Below, in pieces: positions 49,510 to 59,608 of a stretch of DNA of 64,000 nucleotides. Source of the stretch: [Phormidium] sp. ETS-05. GTDB lineage: Bacteria > Cyanobacteriota > Cyanobacteriia > Cyanobacteriales > Laspinemataceae. Where the stretch lies: positions 3,749,579 through 3,813,578 of the forward strand of contig NZ_CP051168.1 in the NCBI RefSeq assembly GCF_016446395.1, read 5' to 3'. The notes below the pieces were generated by a model. It had not been told where the DNA came from. It saw only the letters and a program-made list of their open reading frames with translations, and made no database searches. Position numbers and translations under genes: made by a program. Every line of letters starts with the position of its first letter. The first letter of the stretch is position 1.

Positions 49510-52500
49510 TACTGGCGATAAAGTTCCACGGCTCGGTTGTAATTCGGCGTACTAGGGTCGTTGGCTCCGGCTTCTAGGCGATCGAGTAGAGGTTGGAGAA
49601 AACTGTTTTCCTCCTCGGTGAGGGGTTGAGCTAAAAACCCGCTCTTTATCAAGGCTTGATGAGCTTTGCCCACATCGCCATTGTAGAAATCTGGGATTTG
49701 CTCTGGGGACACGACAAGCCAAAAATCAGCTAGTTCTCGGCGTAGTTGGCGCAGTTCGGCGATGATGGGCTGGTCCGTGGGGTCGATGTAATGGAGATTG
49801 GCACAACCGATGAGTTGGTTAATAAATTCTTTCACCCCTCCTTTCAAAGAAGGGACACTTTGGAGTCCCATCTCCCCGTCAAGGGGTTGGGCGAAGCATC
49901 CGCGTACAGACTTCTCCGTTTCACCGAGAGTTTTGGGCGCGGATGCTTCGCCCCTACCGAGTTGCCATTGATGGAAAATTTGCTGGAACAAGTTGCCGAT
50001 TTTGGCGCCATAGGTGCGACTGTCGAGAAATGCTGGGTTGGCTTGCATTTTTGCCAGAATTTGCTGCCGGTATTGCTGGCGCAGTTGGGGGTTATTGCCC
50101 AGGGCAATGGCTAATTTGATATAACTCTCGTCACCAGTGGCGATGAAATCGGTGATTTGCAGTTCTCGCATGAGGGCGGATGCTTGGCGGAACCGCAGGG
50201 CATTCCCTTCCACAACCACTGGAGGGAGTCCCACTTCTAGGGGGTCTAATAGGGATGTGGCGCCGCCATAGGGGTAAGAATCGAGATAAACATCAGCTAG
50301 TTGTAAAACTTGCTTAATTTCCAGGCGGGAAGGCAGGGTATTTAGCACCTTGAGGCGGTTGGGGGCGATGCCATATGTGGCAAATACAGCCTGCATTTGC
50401 TCAATAAAAGTCATTTTCGGATAAGCCTGCATCCATGCGGGGCCGAATGGATATAACACTAAGACGGAATTGGGGACAGCGGCGATAATTTTTGCCCAGG
50501 TTTGCAACAATTCGGGGGTGATTTTATAGAAGTTGGCACCGGAAACGAATACTAAGGCTTCTGGGGCAACGCCGATGCTGTTTCTGTCGGAGAAAGCCAC
50601 CGCCCTTGGAGTCTGGAGGGTAGGCAAACCGTAGTTGGGATAATGGAAGCAAAGACCACTACCAGGAATATTGACTAATAGCTCTCGATATTGGTCTTGA
50701 CATGATGGTGGTGCGGTTAAGTCCCCAGCAATGTAGCAATCAATGTGGGGCATTCCTGTGGTGGTGGGTGAAGATAGGGATGTGACTTGTAAGCGTGCGA
50801 GGCGGTGCATGGGTAGCCAGTCAAAACTGGAGTTACCGGCTGTGAGGTTGGTGCCAATGAAGAGGATATCTAGGTCGTCATTGCGCATTGCTTGCACCTG
50901 GCGGTTTAAATCTGAGGGCAGTTTGATAAATTTATCTGCCAGACGCTGGCAATATTGCTCTAGGGGGTTGCCATTGGCGTGGAGGGTGTAGAGGATAATC
51001 TCAAACTGGTCGCGGTTGAGGTGTTCGATTACGGGAATGGTGACAAAGGTTTCGGTTTTGGGGTTGAAGTGGATGTTAAGGACTCCCAACCGAATTTTGT
51101 TTCGTTGTGGGGAGCGTGGGGGAATTTGCCAATTTAGCTGGCAGCCCCGGGTTTTCAGGGCAAATTCGGCGATGTCAGAGCGCTTTATATAGGTGTCTTT
51201 GAGGTTTCCTGAGCTGAAATATAGGGGGAGGAAAAAGGCGCGCTGGGCAAATAACCATGATATTTCTTGCCAGATGGGGGCGTCGGGGTTCGCTAAAATT
51301 CGCTGGTGGAGATATTCGATTAATCCATGCAGGTAGCTGTAGTATTTTGCGGTTTCGCCGATTTCCTGGAAATATTGGGGTGTGTCTAGAAGAAAGTGGA
51401 GAAAGTCTTTGATGAACCATTTGGGGATGGGGGCGCTTTGGTATTGTAATGGGAGTTTGTAGGCGCGGCGGTAGAGCATTGCTGCGAGAATGGATTGCAG
51501 GGCTAGAGGATGGTTAAAGCCGCTGGCAATTTTGGCTGATATTTCTTGGAATAGGGGCTGCTCCGCTTCGCTGATGGGGATATCTGTGATGCTGTGGTTG
51601 ATTTTCAGGCCGCTGTCAAGTAAGGCGCGTTGTGTTTTGCCTAGGTCTCCTTTGTAGGCGGTTTCTAGGTGTTCTGATGGTGTGGCTAACCAGGCATTGG
51701 CGATTTGCTGCCGTAGTTGGCGGATGTGGGCTAATGTATTGGGGTCGGATGGGTTTTGTTCGTATTTTTGCAGGATATCCGTTAGTCCCTTCGTCTCCCC
51801 ATCCCGGCGTAGGATGGGTTGCTTGGGCTCATCGGGATAAGTCGAAGTGCCCGTCGGGTTGAGTGTTGGGTTTCGTTCCTCAACCCAACCTACGGGAGGG
51901 AGATTGGTAGAGTTGAGTGTTGGGTTTCGTTCCTCAACCCAACCTACGGGAGGAAGATTGGTAGCTTGGATGAGTGCATGGCGGACGGTGGCGGCCATTT
52001 TTGCCCAGGAGAATTTTTGGGCTTGAACGAAACCGGCGGCGATGAGGGGTTGGCGGACTTGAGGGTTTTGGATGTTGATGAGTGCTGTGGTTAGGGCGGG
52101 GATGTCATCATCTTTGATGTAAAGTGCGGCGGTTCCGGCGGCTTCGGGAATGGCGCCGTTGGGTGTGGTGATGACGGGACAACCGCAAGCCATTGCTTCG
52201 ATGATGGGTAAGCCGAAGCCTTCATATTTGGAGGGATAGACGAGGGCAATGGCGCCGGAGTAGGCGGCGGCGAGTTCACTGTCATTGAGGGTGAGGAGGT
52301 GAACTTTGGCATCGGGGGCGCTGGCTTTTAATTGAGGTTCTAGTTGGGGGCGACCGCCAACGCAGATGATTTCTATTTCATGGCTCTGGGGGAGTTGGGC
52401 GAAGGCTTGGAAGAAGAGGATGGTGTTTTTATAGCCGTTGAATCCGGCGCGATCGCCCACGATGACAAAATAAGGTTTGGTGATGTGGTACTTGGCTTTA

Positions 52501-54035
52501 AATTGGTCAATGGCGGCAGCATTGACGGGTTGAAAATGGCTGCTGATGCCGCAATGGGCTACAGTCACCGAGTCTGGGGATATTTCCGGGAAGCATTTTA
52601 CCAAGTCTTTGGCAGTATTTTCAGAAATGGAAATATAGGCGGTGGCGTGGCGGATGGCTTGGTGTTTTTCCTGCCACATGGGGGCGCTGAGGTCGGCTTT
52701 GATGATTTCGGGAATCATATCATAAGCCAGGAAGACGGAGGGGGTGGTGATGGGGGTGGTGTAGTAGGTGGAGATGAATAAGTCGGCTTGTTCGGCGTCG
52801 CAGATTTGTTGAAGCATTGCCCGGTCTGCTTCGGTTTGGTTGTAGTTGTAGGGGTTGATGCAGAGGTATTTGATACCGGGGATGCGGGGAGCGGTTCCGG
52901 CGCGGTCTAACAGGAGGATATTTTGAGCGAATTCACTACCTGCCCATTCGCGCAGCAGAGATGTCCAGACGCGGGCGATACCGCTGTTGTTGATTTGGAA
53001 AAATACGCCATCAATGATGATTTTTTTTACGTTTTTATCTAAACTTTGACTGGTTGGAAAAAACATTTCTTGGCAGATGCTTGCAGATTTATTTAGGTGG
53101 GATGACAATTGATTTAACCTATTGGCATTTTGAGCTTTTAACTGAGCCAATGCCCCTTCTGTTTCCCCGGAGCGCGCCTGTGCTTCTAGAATACCTTTTA
53201 ACACCCACACATATTTCGTCATTATGCAGGCAACGGTGGATATAGTGGCAGCATCTTTTTCTATATCTTTGGTAAAGCGGCTGTTAATTACCTGCAAGTG
53301 AGCCTCAATCATCTGCCACAATAAATCTGGTGCTGATAATTCTGCTGTTGACTTATTGAAGATTTTTTCTAGGTATTTATCCCAACTGCCAAAATCATCG
53401 AGGCGGCGCAGGTGTAATAGTGGTTCTGGCAAGCAAACAAAAGTTCCCCAGGTGGAGAGTTCGGCGAGGATAATATTATCGGGACCGACGACATTTCTGG
53501 CTAAACCGGTTTGACGCAAAGCCGATGCTTTGATAACGCCGTAGATGGGGTAGCAATATCCCAGCCCCCATAAGACTGTATGAAATCGTGATATCACATC
53601 TAATCCCTGGGTGTCAATAGCGCCGGGGATGATTTTTAATGGTTTGCCATTCCCATCAATGGTGACGGCTCTAGGATAGCATAAAACGGCAGATTTATCT
53701 CGTGCAAAACCTGCTAGACAAGCGGAAAGAAAGGTGGGTTGCCAAATATCGTGACCGGCGGCCCAGACGAAATAATCTCCTATGGCTAACTCAAAGACTC
53801 GATTAAAGTTTTTGGTGGCACCTACGTTAGTGGGATGGGAATAGTAACGGATGCGCTGGTCTTTGGCGGCGTATTCGGCGCTGATTTGGGGTGTGGCATC
53901 CGAGGAGGCATTGTCGGAGATAATTAGTTCAAAGTTTTGGTAATCTTGAGCTAGGATAGCATCTATTGTCTGGCGCAGGTAGCGCGCTTCGTTATATACC
54001 GGCATTCCGATGCTAACCAAAGGTTTTGTCTCAGT
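49509..54035 (-). CDS. giant multidomain glycosyltransferase: GT2 + GT4-like + GT41 (O-GlcNAc-transferase-like) modules with a C-terminal domain
   Basis: N-terminal GT2 (VSIGMPVYNEARYL...ISDNASSDAT...DYFVWAAGHDIW), a GT4 module (EGFGLPIIEAMACGCPVITT), a linker with two in-frame PVGWVEERNPTLN hairpin-repeat insertions, then a GT41-like module (YLDSYPYGGATSLLDPLEVGLPPVVVEG). Start set to ATG 54035 with SD AGGAG; the track start GTG 54098 and ATG 54062 lie in STRR sequence. Confidence 0.75.
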   Translation of the reverse strand, partial: TETKPLVSIGMPVYNEARYLRQTIDAILAQDYQNFELIISDNASSDATPQISAEYAAKDQRIRYYSHPTNVGATKNFNRVFELAIGDYFVWAAGHDIWQPTFLSACLAGFARDKSAVLCYPRAVTIDGNGKPLKIIPGAIDTQGLDVISRFHTVLWGLGYCYPIYGVIKASALRQTGLARNVVGPDNIILAELSTWGTFVCLPEPLLHLRRLDDFGSWDKYLEKIFNKSTAELSAPDLLWQMIEAHLQVINSRFTKDIEKDAATISTVACIMTKYVWVLKGILEAQARSGETEGALAQLKAQNANRLNQLSSHLNKSASICQEMFFPTSQSLDKNVKKIIIDGVFFQINNSGIARVWTSLLREWAGSEFAQNILLLDRAGTAPRIPGIKYLCINPYNYNQTEADRAMLQQICDAEQADLFISTYYTTPITTPSVFLAYDMIPEIIKADLSAPMWQEKHQAIRHATAYISISENTAKDLVKCFPEISPDSVTVAHCGISSHFQPVNAAAIDQFKAKYHITKPYFVIVGDRAGFNGYKNTILFFQAFAQLPQSHEIEIICVGGRPQLEPQLKASAPDAKVHLLTLNDSELAAAYSGAIALVYPSKYEGFGLPIIEAMACGCPVITTPNGAIPEAAGTAALYIKDDDIPALTTALINIQNPQVRQPLIAAGFVQAQKFSWAKMAATVRHALIQATNLPPVGWVEERNPTLNSTNLPPVGWVEERNPTLNPTGTSTYPDEPKQPILRRDGETKGLTDILQKYEQNPSDPNTLAHIRQLRQQIANAWLATPSEHLETAYKGDLGKTQRALLDSGLKINHSITDIPISEAEQPLFQEISAKIASGFNHPLALQSILAAMLYRRAYKLPLQYQSAPIPKWFIKDFLHFLLDTPQYFQEIGETAKYYSYLHGLIEYLHQRILANPDAPIWQEISWLFAQRAFFLPLYFSSGNLKDTYIKRSDIAEFALKTRGCQLNWQIPPRSPQRNKIRLGVLNIHFNPKTETFVTIPVIEHLNRDQFEIILYTLHANGNPLEQYCQRLADKFIKLPSDLNRQVQAMRNDDLDILFIGTNLTAGNSSFDWLPMHRLARLQVTSLSSPTTTGMPHIDCYIAGDLTAPPSCQDQYRELLVNIPGSGLCFHYPNYGLPTLQTPRAVAFSDRNSIGVAPEALVFVSGANFYKITPELLQTWAKIIAAVPNSVLVLYPFGPAWMQAYPKMTFIEQMQAVFATYGIAPNRLKVLNTLPSRLEIKQVLQLADVYLDSYPYGGATSLLDPLEVGLPPVVVEGNALRFRQASALMRELQITDFIATGDESYIKLAIALGNNPQLRQQYRQQILAKMQANPAFLDSRTYGAKIGNLFQQIFHQWQLGRGEASAPKTLGETEKSVRGCFAQPLDGEMGLQSVPSLKGGVKEFINQLIGCANLHYIDPTDQPIIAELRQLRRELADFWLVVSPEQIPDFYNGDVGKAHQALIKSGFLAQPLTEEENSFLQPLLDRLEAGANDPSTPNYNRAVELYRQ

Positions 54036-54074
54036 CATTTGCAATAACTCCTGTTTTGTCATCGGGTAGGGATT

Positions 54075-54130
54075 CTTTTGTCCTTGGTCATTTGTCACTT
54101 TTCAAACTACAAAGGACAAATGACAAATGA
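54075..54130. repeat. STRR array
   Basis: ttttgtccttggtcatttgtcacttttcaaactacaaaggacaaatgacaaatgacc. Confidence 0.7.
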
Positions 54131-54138
54131 CCATCTGT

Positions 54139-54915
54139 CTATTTTCTCCTCAACCAAGCGGCAGGCCAATGAGTAATGTTAGCAGTCAATTCGCTTTCAT
54201 TAAACGGCCAAGCGGGTTGCTCTAAGATAAATTCCGGGTGGGTTTCGGCAAAAGCTACTGCTGCTGCTGCTGGATTATCCCATTTCCATTCGGGATTGCC
54301 GCGTGGGACGAGCGAGAGTTCTCTCATAATACCATCAGTGGCAACCAGATAAGAACCGGGAGTCACCAAATCGCAGTAAGCCTCCAACTCGGCTAAAACG
54401 TGTTGTTTAGTATGACAGGAGTCCAAAATCACCATTGCAACTTCTCCTGGTTGCACGAGAGATTTAACCTGACTGACGATTTCTGGGGCGATCGAACTTC
54501 CTTCTACCAAAGTGATGCGGGGAAATAGTTCGTGGTTTTCGATCGCCTGACGGTTGTGGGGTCTAATTTCTATATCGATGCCAATTACTCGTCCCCGGTC
54601 GATCGCCTTGCACAAACTGGCATAATAGATGAGGGACCCCCCATGAGCTACCCCCGTTTCCACGATTACATCTGGTTTCACCCGATATATGACCTCCTGG
54701 ATGCGAATCATATCTTCGGGAAGCTGGATGATGGGGCGTCCCATCCAGCTAAAGGTATAAGTATATTTTTGATTCCATCCCAGTTTTAGCCATGCCTCGG
54801 AAATCAATTCAAAAGCGGCTTTTGAATACAGGTCTATTTCCCTGAATTCACCATCAATCTCTTGGATGAGGATTTGTGCATCAGTATCGATAGTTAATTT
54901 CATAGCTGTTACCAT
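54139..54915 (-). CDS. CmcI/cephalosporin-hydroxylase-family class I SAM methyltransferase (sugar O-methyltransferase-like)
   Basis: VETGVAHGGSLIYYASL... and DSCHTKQHVLAELEAY are typical of the CmcI-like O-methyltransferase family. The start lies next to the upstream stop. Confidence 0.65.
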   Translation of the reverse strand: MVTAMKLTIDTDAQILIQEIDGEFREIDLYSKAAFELISEAWLKLGWNQKYTYTFSWMGRPIIQLPEDMIRIQEVIYRVKPDVIVETGVAHGGSLIYYASLCKAIDRGRVIGIDIEIRPHNRQAIENHELFPRITLVEGSSIAPEIVSQVKSLVQPGEVAMVILDSCHTKQHVLAELEAYCDLVTPGSYLVATDGIMRELSLVPRGNPEWKWDNPAAAAVAFAETHPEFILEQPAWPFNESELTANITHWPAAWLRRK

Positions 54916-55823
54916 TTATTCATTAGTTCTTTTTGCCACCAAGTAATCGTCTGTTCCAGGCCAGCTTCGATAGTAACCTTTGGTTGCCACCCCACTTCCT
55001 CGGTGAGGCGGCGAACATCAGCTACCAGTAAAGGTGGTTCGTTGGCAGCAGCGGGAATAGCTCCCAACTCAATCAAATCTGGCCGATTGATTTGGGATGC
55101 AATTTGATAAATTATATCCTTTAAAGTAACGGGAAAACCGGAAGCGATATTCACCGCGCCTAAAACTTGGCTATCTAATAAGGAAACCAAGGCATCAGCC
55201 ACATCAGTAACGTAGAGAAAATCTCTAATTTGATTGCCGTGGGAACAGCGAGCTGGCTCAGCTTCCAATAGACAACGAATTACGGTGGGGACTAATCTCT
55301 GGGGATGCTCAAAAGGGCCGTAAACAAAGAAAATACGTCCCCAAGCATAACTAAGCCCTGTTTGTCTGGCAAAAGCGGCGAGCATACTTTGCAAAGAGTG
55401 TTTGCAGGTGCCGTAAACTGTGTTTGGTGACAGGGGTGTAATCTGTTCTGAACAGTATCCGTACTGCCAATCATATTCGGCGCAAGTCCCCGCCATCACT
55501 ACTCGCTGTCCTCCATTTTGGGCGAATGCCTGCAACAATTCTAAACTGGCTTGTACCCAGCGAAAATTTTCTGGGGAAGTCCAATATTTTCCAGGCATGG
55601 CATTCCATGCCAAGTGCAGCCAGTGAGTAGGTTGCACTTGGGCGATTAACGGGTGAATTTGGCGGAAGTCTAGTAAATTTGCTTGATGCCAAGATAATCC
55701 CGATGCAGTTTGGATAATTTTTTTGGAGACTACGGCATGGACTTGATACCCTTTGGATAGAAGCAAAGGTAAACATTGCCTACCGATGAATCCCGTTGCC
55801 CCAGATACCAGAACTTTTTTCAT
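54909..55823 (-). CDS. NAD-dependent epimerase/dehydratase family protein (SDR; likely 4-keto-sugar reductase/epimerase)
   Basis: MKKVLVSGATGFIGRQ Rossmann motif, YxxxK (YGTCK); 304 aa. ATG overlaps the rfbC stop (ATGA). Confidence 0.8.
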   Translation of the reverse strand: MKKVLVSGATGFIGRQCLPLLLSKGYQVHAVVSKKIIQTASGLSWHQANLLDFRQIHPLIAQVQPTHWLHLAWNAMPGKYWTSPENFRWVQASLELLQAFAQNGGQRVVMAGTCAEYDWQYGYCSEQITPLSPNTVYGTCKHSLQSMLAAFARQTGLSYAWGRIFFVYGPFEHPQRLVPTVIRCLLEAEPARCSHGNQIRDFLYVTDVADALVSLLDSQVLGAVNIASGFPVTLKDIIYQIASQINRPDLIELGAIPAAANEPPLLVADVRRLTEEVGWQPKVTIEAGLEQTITWWQKELMNKW

Positions 55824-56353
55824 GGGATAAAATCCTCATATGCTGAGTCTCTAGGGGAGATGATGCGGTGGTCAGCCGGTGGCCATTCTATCCCAAAAGC
55901 GGGGTCATTCCACCGGATACCACGGGCTGATTCAGGATGATAAAATTCTGCCATCTGGTAAAATACTTCGCTGTTATCTTCGAGAGTTTGAAACCCGTGG
56001 GCGAATCCTTCGGGGATGTACAACTGGCGGCGGTTGTCGGCGGTCAGCTCGGCGGCGATCCATTGTTTAAATGTGGGCGATTCGGGACGGATGTCTATAA
56101 TTACATCATAAATCGCGCCTTTTGTACAGCGGACGAGTTTGGCTTCTGGGTAGGGGGCAATTTGGTAGTGCATACCCCGCAGGGTGCCTTTTTTGTGGTT
56201 GAAGGATATGTTACACTGGACAAAGCTAGTTTTTAATCCTTTTGCGGCAAATTCTTGCTCGCAAAATGTGCGGGCAAAGAAGCCCCTAGAATCGGTTACT
56301 GGCTCTGTTTCTATGAGATAAGCGCCTGTTAATTTGGTTTCCTTAAAAATCAT
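55820..56353 (-). CDS. rfbC: dTDP-4-dehydrorhamnose 3,5-epimerase-family cupin (RmlC/RfbC-like)
   Basis: GAYLIETEPVTDSRGFFARTF...RGMHYQ...QLYIPEGFAHGFQTL, 177 aa: canonical RmlC motifs. Confidence 0.85.
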   Translation of the reverse strand: MIFKETKLTGAYLIETEPVTDSRGFFARTFCEQEFAAKGLKTSFVQCNISFNHKKGTLRGMHYQIAPYPEAKLVRCTKGAIYDVIIDIRPESPTFKQWIAAELTADNRRQLYIPEGFAHGFQTLEDNSEVFYQMAEFYHPESARGIRWNDPAFGIEWPPADHRIISPRDSAYEDFIP

Positions 56354-56356
56354 ACC

Positions 56357-57589
56357 TCAGATAATTTTTAATTTGGGTATGGGAATGATAAATTTACCTC
56401 CAAGCTGTCGATATTCCGCCTGCTGGGATAGAATTTCATCGGCGAAGTTCCAAGTAAGTAGTAGCACGTAGTCCGGCATTATTTCTAGGAGCTTTTCCGG
56501 CGGATATATGGGTAAGTGGGTGCCGGGAGTATAGCGTCCTTGCTTGACGGTACTGCGGTCAACGACAAAATCTAGGGTTTCTTGGCCAATGCCGAAATAG
56601 TTGAGGAGGGTGCTGCCTTTGGCGGAGGCGCCGTAGGCGGCGATGCGCTGGTTTTGGGTTTTTAATTGACCCAAGATTTCTAGAAGTTCGTGCCGTAATT
56701 GTTCCACATCAGCGGCGAATTTCTGGTAAAATTCTAATAAGTCCATTCCCCATTGGGCTTCTGATTGCAGGATTTGCCGGACGGCTTCTGATGTAGTACC
56801 TTGCTGGCCTGCAAATATGCGCAATGAGCCGCCGTGGATGGGCAATTTTTCCACATCGATGATGCTTAAACCGTGGCGCTGAAAGAGTCTGTCTAGGGCG
56901 GTGAGGGAGAAATAGCAGAGGTGCTCATGGTAGATGGTATCAAATTCTACATTGTCGATCAAGTCTTTGATGTAAGGAACTTCTATGATGGCGATGCCCC
57001 TGGGTTTTAAAAGTTGGCTGATACCAGCAACAAAACCGTTTAAGTCCGGGACGTGAGCGAGGACGTTGTGAGCGTGGATGATATCAGCTTGCTGATCCTG
57101 GTTGCGGAGGTTGATAGCGAGTTTTTCTCCGAAAAATTCGCAGATGGTATTAATCCCTCGCTGTTCTCGGGCGACGTGGGCGATGTTGGCGGCTGGTTCG
57201 ATGCCGAGGACAGGGATGCCTTGCTGCTGATAATACTGGAGGAGATAACCGTCGTTGCTGGCGATTTCTACTACTAAGCTGCTTTGGTTCAAGTGCAGCT
57301 CGGCGGTGAGGCGGTGGGCAATTTGGCGGGCGTTTTCTAAAACTGTGTCGGAGAAGGAGGAGAAGTAAAGGTATTCCCGAAACAGCTTTTCTGGGGGGAC
57401 GGTTTCGGTGATTTGAACGAGGGTGCAGTGGGGACAAAAGGCCAAATCTAGGGGGTATTTTGGCTCTGGGTGGTTGAGCTGCTCTGAGGAGAGCAGGGCG
57501 TTGGCGAGGGGGGTTTTGCCGAGGGAGAGAATTAGTTCTAAGCCTGATTTGCCGCAGGAGCGACAGGGTGGATAGGGGCTGGTGTTCAT
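56357..57589 (-). CDS. NDP-hexose C-methyltransferase-family protein (zinc ribbon + class I SAM MTase + C-methyltransferase C-terminal domain)
   Basis: N-terminal Cx2C...Cx2C (CRSCGKS...CPHCTL), SAM motif VVEIASNDG, and 410 aa match TylCIII/CDP-sugar C3-methyltransferase-like enzymes. The start overlaps the rfbG stop (TAATG). Confidence 0.7.
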   Translation of the reverse strand: MNTSPYPPCRSCGKSGLELILSLGKTPLANALLSSEQLNHPEPKYPLDLAFCPHCTLVQITETVPPEKLFREYLYFSSFSDTVLENARQIAHRLTAELHLNQSSLVVEIASNDGYLLQYYQQQGIPVLGIEPAANIAHVAREQRGINTICEFFGEKLAINLRNQDQQADIIHAHNVLAHVPDLNGFVAGISQLLKPRGIAIIEVPYIKDLIDNVEFDTIYHEHLCYFSLTALDRLFQRHGLSIIDVEKLPIHGGSLRIFAGQQGTTSEAVRQILQSEAQWGMDLLEFYQKFAADVEQLRHELLEILGQLKTQNQRIAAYGASAKGSTLLNYFGIGQETLDFVVDRSTVKQGRYTPGTHLPIYPPEKLLEIMPDYVLLLTWNFADEILSQQAEYRQLGGKFIIPIPKLKII

Positions 57590-58587
57590 TATCGGGAAGC
57601 TCCGGCGGTGCTGAAAAAGTCTTTGTACCAGTCGATCGTGCTAGACAAGCCTTCATCTAGGGAGAATAGCGGCTGCCAGTCCAGCATTTTTCTGGCTTTG
57701 GCGGCGCTGAGGGATTGATGGCGGATTTCGTTGCTGGCTTGGGAAAGGATTTCTGGTTCTAGGTGTGAACCCATGAGGTTTAAGATGCGATCGACTAATT
57801 CTAGGACACTGAGGGGGGTTTCGTTGGCAAAGTTGAAGGCATGACCGCGCAGGTCCGGTTTGGCGGCGAGCTGTTCAGCGAGAAGAATGTAGGCGGCGGC
57901 CCCGTCTTCCACATAGAAGTAGTCGCGGATGTATTGTCCGTCGGAGCGGATGATGGGTGGCTTTCCTCGGAGGATGGAGCGGATGGTGCCAGGAACGATG
58001 CGGTTCCAGTTGAGGTCGCCGCCACCGTAGAAGTTGCCACAGCGAGTGATGGCAACGGGGAGGTTGTAGGTGGTGGCGTAGGTTTGGGCGATCGCGTCGG
58101 CACAGGCTTTGCTCACGTCGTAAGGGTGGCGTCCCAACAGGGGGGTTTCCTCATCGTAGGGGAGTTGGGTGGCTTCTCCGTAGGCTTTATCTGAGGAGGC
58201 GAGGACTATTTGCTTAACCGTGGGGTGGTGGCGACAGGCTTCTAAGAGTGCCCATGTACCGGCGATGTTGCTTTGGAAAGTGGGGATGGGGGTGCGGTTG
58301 GCGACGCCGACAATAGTTTGAGCCGCCAAGTGAATTACGGTATCAATTTCATATTCCGAGAGGATGCGTTCCAAAAGTGCTTGCTGTTGGATGTCCCCGT
58401 AGGCAATTTTGATTTGGCTTTGAAGCTGGCCACGTAGCAGGGGGCTTTGGGGGACCCAATCGCGCACCAAGCACACCACATCGGCGCCGAGATTGACCAG
58501 GCGTTTGACCAGCCAGGACCCGACTAAGCCGGTGGCGCCGGTGACGAAGGTGGGGCGGTCTTGCCAGAAGCTGTTGGATGCTGTCAT
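57589..58587 (-). CDS. rfbG: CDP-glucose 4,6-dehydratase
   Basis: [24 protein letters not shown] matches the RfbG N-terminus (FWxGKxVFxTGHTGFKGxWL); SDR YxxxK. ATG 58587 overlaps the rfbF stop (ATGA); ATG 58593 is the alternative. Confidence 0.85.
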   Translation of the reverse strand: MTASNSFWQDRPTFVTGATGLVGSWLVKRLVNLGADVVCLVRDWVPQSPLLRGQLQSQIKIAYGDIQQQALLERILSEYEIDTVIHLAAQTIVGVANRTPIPTFQSNIAGTWALLEACRHHPTVKQIVLASSDKAYGEATQLPYDEETPLLGRHPYDVSKACADAIAQTYATTYNLPVAITRCGNFYGGGDLNWNRIVPGTIRSILRGKPPIIRSDGQYIRDYFYVEDGAAAYILLAEQLAAKPDLRGHAFNFANETPLSVLELVDRILNLMGSHLEPEILSQASNEIRHQSLSAAKARKMLDWQPLFSLDEGLSSTIDWYKDFFSTAGASR

Positions 58588-59354
58588 GCCCATAGTTTCC
58601 AAGGAGGGTTGCCGGTTCCCCAAAGGGTTTCCAGGCGGTGCAAGTCCCGAAGGGTGTCCATGCACTGCCAAAAGCCGTGGTGGCGGTAGGCGGCGAGCTG
58701 GCGATCGCGTGCTAACCGTTCCAGTAAATCTGCTTCCAAGCTGGTATCGTCCCCCTCTAGATAATCAAAAATTTCCGGTTCAAACACCAAGAAACCACCA
58801 TTAATCCAGCCTTCGCCAATTTGGGGCTTTTCGGTAAACTCCGCCACCAAATCCCCATCAAAAATCAAGCCGCCATAGCGCGCCGGAGGTCTCACCGCCG
58901 TTACCGTTGCCATACAACCGCTGCGGCGGTGGAACTCCAGCAAATCCCTGAGATTAATATTACTTACCCCATCGCCATATGTCACCATAAATGTCTCCTG
59001 ATGCAACCAAGGTCTCAGGCGTTTTACCCGTCCCCCGGTGAGGGTGGACAGTCCGGTATCCATCAGGTGAACTAGCCAATCTTCCACGGTTTTTTCCTGC
59101 GCTTGTACCTCCCCGGTGGCGAGGTTGACGCTCATACTGCCGTTGAGGGTGTAGTAGGATAAGAAGTAGCTTTTGATGACTTCGCCTTTGTAGCCCAAGG
59201 CAATGAAAAATTCCTTGAAACCGTAGTGGGCGTAGCACTTCATAATGTGCCACAGAATCGGTCGCTCGCCGATTTCTACCATCGGTTTAGGTTTCACTTC
59301 GGTTTGTTCCGCTAGGCGGGTGCCCAAGCCCCCGGCAAGAATGACAACTCGCAT
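58584..59354 (-). CDS. rfbF: glucose-1-phosphate cytidylyltransferase
   Basis: [38 protein letters not shown]...: canonical RfbF sequence, 257 aa. Start reset to ATG 59354; the track start at 59378 reads STRR sequence. Confidence 0.9.
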   Translation of the reverse strand: MRVVILAGGLGTRLAEQTEVKPKPMVEIGERPILWHIMKCYAHYGFKEFFIALGYKGEVIKSYFLSYYTLNGSMSVNLATGEVQAQEKTVEDWLVHLMDTGLSTLTGGRVKRLRPWLHQETFMVTYGDGVSNINLRDLLEFHRRSGCMATVTAVRPPARYGGLIFDGDLVAEFTEKPQIGEGWINGGFLVFEPEIFDYLEGDDTSLEADLLERLARDRQLAAYRHHGFWQCMDTLRDLHRLETLWGTGNPPWKLWA

Positions 59355-59378
59355 GGTAATTGCTTTGTCCCTTGTCAT

Positions 59379-59600
59379 TTGTCATTTGTCACTTGTCACT
59401 TGTCACTTGTCCCTTGTCACTTGTCACTTGTCCCTTGTCACTTGTCACTTGTCACTTGTCACTTGACAAATGACCAAGGACAAAGGACAAAGGACAAAGG
59501 AATCCCTACCCAAGGACAAAAGAATCCCTACCCAAGGACAAAAGAATCCCTACCCAAGGACAAATGACAAATGACAAATGACGATTAGCCATATAGAGGG
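59379..59600. repeat. long STRR array (TTGTCAC/TTGTCCC then GGACAAAG) with a 3x repeated aggacaaaagaatccctaccca unit
   Basis: ttgtcacttgtcacttgtcccttgtcacttgtc...gacaaaggacaaaggacaaaggaatccctacccaaggacaaaagaatccctacccaaggacaaaagaatccctaccc. Confidence 0.85.
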
Positions 59601-59608
59601 CGATTATA

